Below are positions 21,318-30,118 of a stretch of DNA of 64,000 nucleotides, in pieces. The translations under genes were made by a program, and so were the position numbers. The stretch covers positions 1 to 64,000 of the forward strand of contig CAWCTR010000018.1 in the NCBI GenBank assembly GCA_963798485.1, in the 5' to 3' direction. The stretch comes from an uncultured delta proteobacterium. GTDB taxonomy: Bacteria; Desulfobacterota; Desulfomonilia; UBA1062. Positions within the stretch are counted from its first letter, which is position 1. Each line of letters begins with the position of its first letter. The notes beneath the pieces are model-generated. The model worked only from the letters and a program-made list of their open reading frames with translations, had not been told where the DNA came from and did not search any database.

Positions 21318-21333
21318 TCAAGAATCATGCCAG
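21318..21333 (-). promoter_or_regulatory. Candidate sigma54 (-24/-12) promoter of the hmgA-DUF2156 unit
   Basis: CTGGCATGATTCTTGA on the minus strand: GG-N10-GA (variant -12). Confidence 0.5.
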
Positions 21334-21429
21334 AGAAAAGGATGGGGAGTATGGCACTAAGCAATTGAATATACTAAAAGTAAGGATGACATGTTGTTCG
21401 TATGAATATAATACAATAAGTGTATGGGA

Positions 21430-21459
21430 AATCTTCTTCCGTTCTGAGAGAAGAAGATT
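21430..21459. promoter_or_regulatory. Inverted repeat, candidate enhancer-binding-protein site
   Basis: AATCTTCTTC-N10-GAAGAAGATT, ~100 bp upstream of the sigma54-like site. Confidence 0.45.
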
Positions 21460-21596
21460 CCATTCCATGTCATGCCCTTCCCGGGGATTACATCATAGAA
21501 GGGTAATTTGAGTAAGGTGCATTCGGTGCATTTAGTGTTAGTGCCGGATCACATTTTCTGCTAATAACCTGCTACGATTATTTCTGGAGAAAGTCT

Positions 21597-22610
21597 ATGC
21601 CATCAGGATTAAAAGTAGCCGTTATGGAGCCCACCGAACTGGTGGGCTCCGAGATCATCAAGATCCTGGAAGAGCGTGGCTTCCCGGTTGCAGAGCTGAT
21701 CCTGCTCGGGGGAAGCCGCTGTGTGGGTGAGAGGGTGGAATTCCTGGGCGCCGATATCCCTGTAAAGATGCTGGACAGCCTCTCGTTCACGGGCGTGGAC
21801 CTGGCTTTCTTTGCATGCGATAAGGCCGTATCCATGGAACATGTCGCCAGGGCAAAGGCCGCAGGTTCCCTCATAATAGACCTCAGCTCCTGTTTTGCCC
21901 TTGCCGATTCCGTACCGCTTGTTGTGCCTGAGATCAATGCATCCGCACTAAAACAGCACCAGGGCATCATTGCATGCCCCAGGGCCGCCACCATCCAGCT
22001 GGTCCTGACGCTGGGGCCCATCCACAAGGCGGCCAGGATAAAGAGGATCATTGTCTCAACCTATCAGGCCGTGTCCGACAGCGGGGGCAGGGCGCTGGAT
22101 GAGCTTACCACCCAGGTCAGGGACCTTTTCAGTTTTCGCGAGGTCAGCAACAAGATCTACCCTCAGCAGATCGCCTTCAATACCCTGCCCCAGGTAAGGC
22201 CGTTTGTGAAAGGCGGCTATACCGAAGAAGAGATGACCATCTGTTCGGAGACCCGAAAAATATTGAGCGATAAGAACCTGCGCATTTCAGCCACCAGTGT
22301 GTATGTCCCTGTCTTCTTCTCCAACGCCGAATCCATCCTCATCGAGACGGCGAAGAAGATTTCGCCCGAAGAGGTCAGGGAGATACTGGAAAGGGCCCCG
22401 GGTGTGGCGGTTGAGGACGACCCCGGCGCCAACTTGTATCCCACCCCCATCCATGCAGCCGGAACGGACGAATGCCTGGTCGGCAGGATCAGGCAGGACC
22501 TTTCCTCGGACAACGGGATCGCGCTATGGAGCGTATGCGACAATATCCGTAAAGGCGCTGCCCTCAATGCAGTCCAGATCGCAGAACTGCTTATGTCATC
22601 ATCCTCATGA
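21597..22610 (+). CDS. Aspartate-semialdehyde dehydrogenase homolog, Usg-like, catalytic motifs degenerate
   Basis: Asd fold motifs (VPLVVPEIN, STYQAVS, QIAFN, DNIRKGAALNAVQIAE), but GATG becomes EPTE, NPNC becomes CPRA, and GHSE becomes SNAE. Confidence 0.85.
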   Translation: MPSGLKVAVMEPTELVGSEIIKILEERGFPVAELILLGGSRCVGERVEFLGADIPVKMLDSLSFTGVDLAFFACDKAVSMEHVARAKAAGSLIIDLSSCFALADSVPLVVPEINASALKQHQGIIACPRAATIQLVLTLGPIHKAARIKRIIVSTYQAVSDSGGRALDELTTQVRDLFSFREVSNKIYPQQIAFNTLPQVRPFVKGGYTEEEMTICSETRKILSDKNLRISATSVYVPVFFSNAESILIETAKKISPEEVREILERAPGVAVEDDPGANLYPTPIHAAGTDECLVGRIRQDLSSDNGIALWSVCDNIRKGAALNAVQIAELLMSSSS

Positions 22611-22763
22611 TTATCTGAAGGACCGCACCCAAATAAGGGCTTGCAAGCTAATTCCGGATGTGTCCGATGCATTTTTAGATGGAAAGGAATTACATAAAAG
22701 TGGTAATCTATGATCTTCTTGAAGCATATTTAGACACATACTTTCGATTATGGAGGAGGTAAT

Positions 22764-23747
22764 ATGAAACGCATAAGTTTTTCAAAGGCCCTGTTCATGG
22801 TAACCCTGTCCATCCTCTTCCTGCTTGCAGGCTGTGGTGGTAGCGGCAAAGGCAGTGGTACAACAGGAAATACCTATACAGGGGAAACAAGCCAGGCCAC
22901 AGTGACCCAAAGTAATGCTCACCAGATTATGCAAGATGCCTTTCTTGATGGAATATCCGGATCTGGTTTCGCCGCTGCCTTTGGTGCGATAGATGCCAAC
23001 CAGATGAAAGAGGGGAGTACTCCGATTTTTCGTTATCTGTCGAGGCCTGCAAAGACTATTGCCCGATTAGTTACCGATCGTTCTTACGACGAACTTCCTC
23101 GGTCCATCAGTGCCGTGCAAACAGTACCGATAAATGAGCCAGGAGAATGCGGAGGGACTATTTCAGGTTCGGAGCAGGTGGATGATGTCACGGGCAGTAT
23201 GACAGGAAGCCTTACCTACAGCAATTACTGTGAGATGGGCTCTGTTTCAAACGGGACGGTTGCGTTCAGCGGGACATATAATTTAAACAACGGCAATCTC
23301 GATATGACCATGACCTTTAACAACTTTACCGAGGTCAGCAGTGCTGAAAGCCTGAGTATTACCATGAACGGAACCGTAATCATGGTATCAACCGGATCTT
23401 CTGATTCAATGACCTTTAATATTACCGTAAGTGATGATGTTGCCGGTAAAACCTATTGGATGGAAGATTATCTCATAACAGATTCAAGTAGTGATAGTGA
23501 GGAGGATATAGAGATTTCAGGCAATTTCTATAGCCCTGATTACGGGTATGTCACCTTATCAACTCAACAGACTTTCATCATCCTTACTGATGATGATTAT
23601 CCGTCATCGGGCATTCTCATCGCAACAGGAGCTGGCGGTACCAAGGCAAGGCTCACAGCCCTATCTTCTACAACCTACGAGGTAGAAGCGGACACCAATG
23701 GGGATGGAAACTATGAATTGGTAGGGACCTTTTCGTGGGGAGGATAA
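22764..23747 (+). CDS. Hypothetical lipoprotein (acidic, Ser/Thr-rich, beta-rich)
   Basis: GGAGGAGG SD; lipobox LLAGC. Confidence 0.8.
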   Translation: MKRISFSKALFMVTLSILFLLAGCGGSGKGSGTTGNTYTGETSQATVTQSNAHQIMQDAFLDGISGSGFAAAFGAIDANQMKEGSTPIFRYLSRPAKTIARLVTDRSYDELPRSISAVQTVPINEPGECGGTISGSEQVDDVTGSMTGSLTYSNYCEMGSVSNGTVAFSGTYNLNNGNLDMTMTFNNFTEVSSAESLSITMNGTVIMVSTGSSDSMTFNITVSDDVAGKTYWMEDYLITDSSSDSEEDIEISGNFYSPDYGYVTLSTQQTFIILTDDDYPSSGILIATGAGGTKARLTALSSTTYEVEADTNGDGNYELVGTFSWGG

Positions 23748-23786
23748 AGATTGTTAAGGGCATGATTATAAACACCAGCACCTAAG

Positions 23787-23910
23787 CCCTCTCCCCCTGG
23801 AGGGTGGAGGGTGGAGTGTAAAGACCGAACATAGTTTACCGAGAGGGGGATATCTTGTTGTTGTCAAGTGTTTTAATACCCTCTCCCCATATACAAGGGG
23901 GAGGGGGTAC
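23787..23910. repeat. Two CCCTCTCCC-type GC-rich hairpins (REP-like or terminator)
   Basis: CCCTCTCCCCCTGGAGGGTGGAGGG (23787-23811) and CCCTCTCCCCATATACAAGGGGGAGGGG (from 23879). Confidence 0.45.
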
Positions 23911-24057
23911 TCGGTGATGGGTCCTATAATGTTTTTAATTCATACTATCTTGCTCCACATGCCGGAATAATTTGTCATAACGCACAAATTTTTGTATAAC
24001 GATTTTATTGCTCGTGGCTTACTCGTGCCCGGCACCGATGAATAGCATGACATAAGA

Positions 24058-24519
24058 ATGGAGGCAGGAATGTCTGACGGACTGGATTTGATGATCGTTG
24101 ACGATGAACAGCACGTATGCGAGGTGCTCTCAGAGACCATAAAGAAGTTTTATACCTGGGGTGACGTTTTAGTATTCAATGATTATAAAACTGCTGCATC
24201 CCATTGTCTTTCCAGGGATAAAGGATTGATGATCTTTATCCTTGATGTGTTTGTGGGAGAGAGCAATGGCTTTGCCTTTCTGGATGCAATTGCAGAGAAA
24301 TATCCCAATGCAAACTATGACACCGTGATGTTTTCCGGTATGGCCGGTGATGATGTGGTGGACATGTGTATTGCCACCGGGGTAAATCACCTGCTGGAAA
24401 AGCCGGTAAGGAATTATGCCTTGCAGCTTGCAATAAGGTCTATTGTCATGAAGTATGTAAAATTTGCCAAGAAGCTCCTCTCCGATACGGAGTTCGCAGA
24501 GCTCATAGACCGTATTTGA
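24058..24519 (+). CDS. Single-domain response regulator
   Basis: IVDDE, ILDV, MFSG, LEKP receiver motifs. Confidence 0.85.
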   Translation: MEAGMSDGLDLMIVDDEQHVCEVLSETIKKFYTWGDVLVFNDYKTAASHCLSRDKGLMIFILDVFVGESNGFAFLDAIAEKYPNANYDTVMFSGMAGDDVVDMCIATGVNHLLEKPVRNYALQLAIRSIVMKYVKFAKKLLSDTEFAELIDRI

Positions 24520-24550
24520 TAGAGAAGGTAGTCAAAAAGAGCGCCGAGGA

Positions 24551-25357
24551 ATGAATATGTTGACCAACCTCATCATCGTCGCTGTGCTCTTTGCCGTCCT
24601 CCTGCTTGTACTATGGTTCTTTTCACGAAGGGCACAGGGAGGCGATACAGAGAGGATAGAGAGTGTACGTGAAGACGCCCAACGGGGTGATGTATATTCC
24701 CAATTCAGGCTGGGCCAGCTCTATTATGAAGGCAAAGGCTTAAGCAGAGATGATGCCGAGGCTGCAAAATGGTTTCTCAAGGCCGCAGCACAGGAGCATT
24801 CAGAGGCACAGTATATCCTGGCATCTATGTACGAAAAGGGTATGGGCCTCAAACAAAGCGATGAAGAGGCATTCGGCTGGTATCTCTCCGCTGCAACCCA
24901 GGGACACGAAAGGGCATCGGTCATTCTTGAGGCGGACAAGTGGACAGTCTTCAAGAAAAGACACCTGGCCAAAGATGAGATGAATCCTCCCAAGCAAAGG
25001 GAACCCCAGTTGCAGCCGGAACACCCAAGAGAGACTCAGCCTTCAACCGGAGATGAACAGCTTCAGAAATTCCTGTCTAAGGCACAGGCCGGGGATGTTG
25101 ATGCCCAGTATAATATCGGCATTATATACTACCATGGAGAAGGTGTTGAAAGGGACCATGATCAGGCCCTGAAATGGTTCCATCTGGCTGCCGAGCAAAA
25201 CGATGCCGAGGCCCAGTTTAACCTCGGCTTCATGTACGGTAAGGGCGAAGGCACGCCAAAAAATCACCGGGCGTCCATGGAATGGTTTCAAAAGGCGGCT
25301 TCCCAGGGACATTCAGGGGCCCATGAGATCCTCGAAAAGATGTTCAGAAAGACATGA
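24551..25357 (+). CDS. Membrane-anchored Sel1-repeat protein
   Basis: N-terminal TM segment; AQYNIG..YYHGEGV..A.KWF..AAEQ repeats. Confidence 0.9.
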   Translation: MNMLTNLIIVAVLFAVLLLVLWFFSRRAQGGDTERIESVREDAQRGDVYSQFRLGQLYYEGKGLSRDDAEAAKWFLKAAAQEHSEAQYILASMYEKGMGLKQSDEEAFGWYLSAATQGHERASVILEADKWTVFKKRHLAKDEMNPPKQREPQLQPEHPRETQPSTGDEQLQKFLSKAQAGDVDAQYNIGIIYYHGEGVERDHDQALKWFHLAAEQNDAEAQFNLGFMYGKGEGTPKNHRASMEWFQKAASQGHSGAHEILEKMFRKT

Positions 25358-25436
25358 TTCGCATGAGCCCTTTGTCTATCAGTGAGAAATGAAGGTACCC
25401 CACCCTTAAAGCTGTGCAACGATATCGGATTAAAGG

Positions 25437-26183
25437 ATGAGTGTGTCTGAAAATAAAAAGCGATTTTATACCGTGGTAAGGGGCAGGGTGCCTGGGATAT
25501 ATCCCAGGTGGTTCGGTCCTGGAGGTGCCCAGGAGCAGATCAGGGGGTATACCGGGGCCGTATATCGGGGGTTTGCCACCATGGAAGAGGCCCAGGACTT
25601 CATGGCACGCCCAAAATCTTCGCCTGTGCGGAAACAAAGCGCATACAGTAATGATCCCACAGATGAAAGCGCCCATGATGACCAGAAACGTCCCGTCCAC
25701 ATATACACGGACGGCGGGTGTATCGATAACCCCGGACCAGGCGGCTTCGGCGCGGTGATCATTGAAGGAGACAAGCGAATTGAGATCTCCGGGGGGTACC
25801 GGCTCACCACGAACAACCGCATGGAGCTCATGGCCTGCATCCAGGCTTTGCACACGTTAAAAAAAAGCTCACAGGCAGTGCTCTTCACGGATTCACAGTA
25901 TGTGGCAAATGCCATTCAGAAGGGGTGGGCGGTTAAATGGCGCTCACGGAACTGGATGCGCGACAAGACCCATAGAGCCATCAACAGCGATCTGTGGGCG
26001 GAGCTGCTCAAGCTCCTTGAGAGGCATGATGTGGTCTTCCGCTGGGTGCGCGGTCATGCGGGCAACCCGGAGAATGAACGGTGCGATGTGCTGGCCGGAA
26101 AGGCAGCGCAAGGCCCCGACCTGGCACCTGATACCGGATATGAGAATGCTATGAATGAACTCAAAGAATCAAGGCTGTTTTAA
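25437..26183 (+). CDS. rnhA: Ribonuclease HI with N-terminal hybrid-binding (Cauli_VI) domain
   Basis: FYTVVRGRVPGIY..W N-domain; IYTDG..NPGPGG, TTNNRMEL, TDSQY, WVRGHAG..NERCD. Confidence 0.93.
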   Translation: MSVSENKKRFYTVVRGRVPGIYPRWFGPGGAQEQIRGYTGAVYRGFATMEEAQDFMARPKSSPVRKQSAYSNDPTDESAHDDQKRPVHIYTDGGCIDNPGPGGFGAVIIEGDKRIEISGGYRLTTNNRMELMACIQALHTLKKSSQAVLFTDSQYVANAIQKGWAVKWRSRNWMRDKTHRAINSDLWAELLKLLERHDVVFRWVRGHAGNPENERCDVLAGKAAQGPDLAPDTGYENAMNELKESRLF

Positions 26184-26527
26184 AGTTTATTGCTGCTGAT
26201 AAATTCCATCCACTTTTCATCGTCAGAGGTGCTGGTGATGTTTATGGCGCCCTCACCCCTCTTGAGATCTACCCAGGCAATAAGCCCATTGACGGTCAAG
26301 GCCTCTACCGGTAGCATGATCCGCAGAGGTGCGCCGGTAAAGTCTTTTTGCTGAACTGAACTCATTGTCTTAAAGATCTGAGGTGATATCAGGCGCATCC
26401 CATGTTGGCTGATGTCTTGCGCGATGCCACGACCGTTGAGCAGCACACCCATCTTGAGCAGCACCGTGATCTTGACCTTCTTTCGATGCTCCCTTCGCCG
26501 CTCTTGTGCAGCATCATCCGTGTCCAT
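26180..26527 (-). CDS. PilZ-domain protein
   Basis: RREHR and DISQHG motifs. Confidence 0.75.
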   Translation of the reverse strand: MDTDDAAQERRREHRKKVKITVLLKMGVLLNGRGIAQDISQHGMRLISPQIFKTMSSVQQKDFTGAPLRIMLPVEALTVNGLIAWVDLKRGEGAINITSTSDDEKWMEFISSNKL

Positions 26528-26726
26528 GTTATGTTTCCTTTCGAATAATTGTGCTCTTAGAGCATCACTATGATGATTTAAGAGTATTATTTGAAGTATC
26601 TATACACTACCTTGAAATAAAAGAGAAGCAAGCAGAAGCTCGTCTATTGTGCCCTTGTATAAGTGATGAAGCCAATAACTTAGCTGCGGTATAAAGTATC
26701 TGCGCATAAATGACGAGAAGGGGTTT

Positions 26727-27179
26727 ATGTCAGATATCAAGAAAAGCGGAAAAGAGAAGCGTAAGCATGAACGGCATCCTGCCCGGCATCCTGCCCGGCT
26801 CAAAATAGCCCTTTCGGGCCGGTATTCCGGCAAGATACTCCAGGGGATACAGGACGTGCTTGCCATGGCTGAAACCAAGAACATCAGCATAGGCGGTATG
26901 TCGCTCAAGATTGTAGGGTCACCCTTCGATGCCAAGAAGAGCCTCACCCGGGCCAATGCCGGACAAGTGGTTGGAAAGCCCATAGAAGTGGTCCTTGAAG
27001 AAGAGAACATCATTATCTGGGGTGATGTCATTCGGACCGAGGCCGATACACTCGAGCTCGCCATCGTGATCTACAAGGTGTCGGATGTGCAGGAGTGGAA
27101 GAAGCTCTGCAACGAAAAGGCGCAGGGTATCAGCATTTTCCCTGACTCTCTTGCCGTGCGGCGCAAGAGAAGGTCATAA
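26727..27179 (+). CDS. PilZ-like protein
   Basis: KRKHER and NISIGG motifs. Confidence 0.65.
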   Translation: MSDIKKSGKEKRKHERHPARHPARLKIALSGRYSGKILQGIQDVLAMAETKNISIGGMSLKIVGSPFDAKKSLTRANAGQVVGKPIEVVLEEENIIIWGDVIRTEADTLELAIVIYKVSDVQEWKKLCNEKAQGISIFPDSLAVRRKRRS

Positions 27180-27186
27180 AAGAGTT

Positions 27187-28272
27187 TCATTCAAACGGCA
27201 ACAACATCTGGGTATACCTGAGTGTCTCCTGATTCGGGTCCGGAAAATGTGAAACACTCACCCCCAGGAGGCGTATCTTCTTCATGCCGGCATCCGTGTC
27301 ACCTAATAATACGATTGACTGCCGTGCTATGGTCTCTGCATCGTCGACATATCCTTTCAGGGTGATGCTCCTGGTGATGGACTGGAAGTCATAATACTTC
27401 AGCTTCAAGGTCACGGTCCTGCCTGCAAGGCACTCCCTTTTAAGGATGCGCGATACGTCCCGGGAGAGCTGTGCGAGGATGGATGCCATACGAGTCAGGT
27501 CGTCGATGTCTTCAGGCAGGGTGATCTCCTTGCCCACGGATTTTCTCTCGTGCTCCGGCGTAACAGGCCTCGGGTCATAGCCGCGGGCAATCCCGTAGAA
27601 GAATGACCCGGTCTTTCCGAACCAGCGAAGCAGATCATCCAAAGGCTTTTCCATGAGGTCGGCGCCGGTCCTGATGCCCAGCGAGATCATCTTCTGCTCG
27701 GTGACCTTTCCCACACCGTAGAACTTCCTGATGGGAAGGTTTGCAATGAAGGCCAATGCCCTGTCAGGGTGGATGACGGTGAGGCCGTCGGGCTTCCGGA
27801 AATCGGAGGCCGCCTTGGCGAGGAACTTGTTGTAAGAAATCCCTGCCGATGCCGTCAGTGCGAGCGAGTCACGAATCCTCTGCCTGATCTCACGGGCGAT
27901 ATTTGTTGCAATGGCCATATGCCTCTTGTTCACGGACACATCGAGAAAGGCCTCGTCCAGTGACAAAGGTTCCACACCGTCGGTGAAGTGGAAGAAGATC
28001 TCCATGATCGCTTCTGATGCCGCCTGGTACTCACTGAACCTTGGAGGGAGAAAGACAGCATGGGGGCAGAGCCTTTTCGCCTTTGCCGATGACATGGCCG
28101 AGTGGATGCCGAATTTGCGTGCCTCATATGAGCAGGCTGCAACAACGCCCCTTTGCTCGGGCGTACCTCCGACAATCACGGGCTTGCCCTTCAGAGAGGG
28201 GTTGTCCCGCTGTTCCACCGAGGCATAAAAGGCATCCATATCGATATGGATGATCTTACGGATGTCTTCCAT
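27187..28272 (-). CDS. dinB: DNA polymerase IV
   Basis: HIDMDAFYASVE, SYEAR, SLDEAFLD, KFLAKAASDFRKPDG. Confidence 0.96.
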   Translation of the reverse strand: MEDIRKIIHIDMDAFYASVEQRDNPSLKGKPVIVGGTPEQRGVVAACSYEARKFGIHSAMSSAKAKRLCPHAVFLPPRFSEYQAASEAIMEIFFHFTDGVEPLSLDEAFLDVSVNKRHMAIATNIAREIRQRIRDSLALTASAGISYNKFLAKAASDFRKPDGLTVIHPDRALAFIANLPIRKFYGVGKVTEQKMISLGIRTGADLMEKPLDDLLRWFGKTGSFFYGIARGYDPRPVTPEHERKSVGKEITLPEDIDDLTRMASILAQLSRDVSRILKRECLAGRTVTLKLKYYDFQSITRSITLKGYVDDAETIARQSIVLLGDTDAGMKKIRLLGVSVSHFPDPNQETLRYTQMLLPFE

Positions 28273-28277
28273 CTTGT

Positions 28278-29138
28278 TCAGAGACTGCTAAAAAACTCTC
28301 TGATTATCTCCAGTGACTCCCTGGGTTTCTCCTGGGGTATGAGGTGGCCTGCGCCATCCACCATACGATAGGTGCCCTGTTTGAACGTGGAGGTGGCCTT
28401 CTTCAGGTCGATGAAGGCCCGGTTCTCACTCTCTTGTCCTTCAAGGACCAGGGTGGGGCAGCTCACCTTGGGCAGCATTGGCCACGGGTCATACTGCATA
28501 CCGCCCATGAATAACGATGCCTCCCTCTTGGGCGAGCATGCGAGCGTCAACCCCCCGGCATCGAGCCTTTTCATGCCATATTCCACATAAAGGTCGAGCA
28601 TCTCTGCATCCCAATTCTTGAACATGGCCTTTGACCTCAGGTAATCATGAACCTCCTCGCGGCCGGACCACGTGTCTCTTCGGCGGATGGCCTTGGAGGC
28701 CAGCGGGTGAAGATCCACGGTTATCCGGGCCTTATAGAAATCCTCAGGCAGGAATATGGGTTCGAAAAGGATAAGGCCCCGAGCCTGAAGACCAAAGGCC
28801 GCATTGGCAATAGTTATTACCGTGGCGCCCATGGAGTGCCCCGCCATGGCAGGTCTGTCAAGATCAAGCACCTTGCAGAAGTTTGTCAGGTCCTGTGCAA
28901 TAGTCAGCCAACTCAGGCCTCCCTTGTCGGGATCCGACTCCCGGTGATCGCAGAAATACGGGGCAATCACACGCCATCTGGGGGCGAGTTCCCGGGCAAT
29001 AGGGTGCCACAGCCAGGGAAGGAACCCGGTTGCGTGCATGAGTAAAATGGTCGGCCCATCACCCTCATAGAGGAGATAAGACAGGTCCACATCACCGATT
29101 TCCTGGGTCAACACTATAGGCATATGGTCTTTGGACAT
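28278..29138 (-). CDS. Alpha/beta hydrolase
   Basis: HATG, GHSMGA, GAGHL. Confidence 0.88.
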   Translation of the reverse strand: MSKDHMPIVLTQEIGDVDLSYLLYEGDGPTILLMHATGFLPWLWHPIARELAPRWRVIAPYFCDHRESDPDKGGLSWLTIAQDLTNFCKVLDLDRPAMAGHSMGATVITIANAAFGLQARGLILFEPIFLPEDFYKARITVDLHPLASKAIRRRDTWSGREEVHDYLRSKAMFKNWDAEMLDLYVEYGMKRLDAGGLTLACSPKREASLFMGGMQYDPWPMLPKVSCPTLVLEGQESENRAFIDLKKATSTFKQGTYRMVDGAGHLIPQEKPRESLEIIREFFSSL

Positions 29139-29162
29139 TACGGAAGCTCCTTCAACAGGCCA

Positions 29163-30098
29163 TTATTTGATGATCATACCAAGGGCCTTTTTCAGCGAAT
29201 CATTTTTATAACCTGGAAATACAAAAGGTGATTCACTTTCAGAAGACAGCGCAGGGATTATCTCTCCGGTCTTGTCAAAAAGGGAAAGGCTATATTCTTT
29301 AGCACCCTTTATCTTTATGGTTATAGCCGGAGTTTTCAATGAGTCCTTCATGACGTCATCTAAATATTTATCACAGTAGATCTTATTCAGGCCTGCGAGG
29401 AAAGAATCGATCTCAGCCTTATCCACGATTATACCTTTTTCATTCTTCCAGGTATAGAGTGTTACTCCTGGCTTGGTTGCATCTTTGAGCGACTTATCTG
29501 CCAAAAGCGCCTCCCGGGTCAGCGTTGTTGTATTGCCTGCCTGTTCGATCTCTATGTGGATGATATCCGAGGGTGTAATGGCAAAGACAAGCATATCCCT
29601 CAGATCGGCAACCGGTGCCAGGAACAGCCGGGGCAGGTCACCGCTTGCGAGGTAGACCTTGCTGTCGCCCGGGAGCCTGATATAGGTGTGCGAGTTGGTG
29701 GGCGCCGTCTTGCCGATAGCGAGCTCACGTCTGATCTCGTTGCCGGAGAAGGCCTTGAGCATGACCTTGTTCTTGTCGTCAAGCTGGTAGCGCTCATAGG
29801 ACTTTGACTCAGAAACCAGGTCGGTTATGGTAAGCCCGGAGAGTTTGTCAGACATTTCGGAGACCTTGGTCTGGTCGGCGCGCCAGTTGCCCGGGGAGAT
29901 ATACCAGGATTTGTCTTTCTTCGTAAGTACGGTCGTATGGCCGGCGCGCCTCACCTCCATCCTGGTTATATCATCCGCCTTGATGACTTTAAGGACCGGC
30001 AAGGTGTAATGGATACGGTCCGTGTGCTTGAAGATGAGGTAGGCCATGGACGATGCAATGAGCAGTGCCAGCAGGAGGTATTCCTTTTTCACGTTCAT
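29163..30098 (-). CDS. DUF4340-type membrane-anchored protein
   Basis: N-terminal TM; L.IGK..P...TYIR pattern; last gene of a Gld-like ABC operon. Confidence 0.75.
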   Translation of the reverse strand: MNVKKEYLLLALLIASSMAYLIFKHTDRIHYTLPVLKVIKADDITRMEVRRAGHTTVLTKKDKSWYISPGNWRADQTKVSEMSDKLSGLTITDLVSESKSYERYQLDDKNKVMLKAFSGNEIRRELAIGKTAPTNSHTYIRLPGDSKVYLASGDLPRLFLAPVADLRDMLVFAITPSDIIHIEIEQAGNTTTLTREALLADKSLKDATKPGVTLYTWKNEKGIIVDKAEIDSFLAGLNKIYCDKYLDDVMKDSLKTPAITIKIKGAKEYSLSLFDKTGEIIPALSSESESPFVFPGYKNDSLKKALGMIIK

Positions 30099-30118
30099 AC
30101 TTCACCCCTTATCTTACC

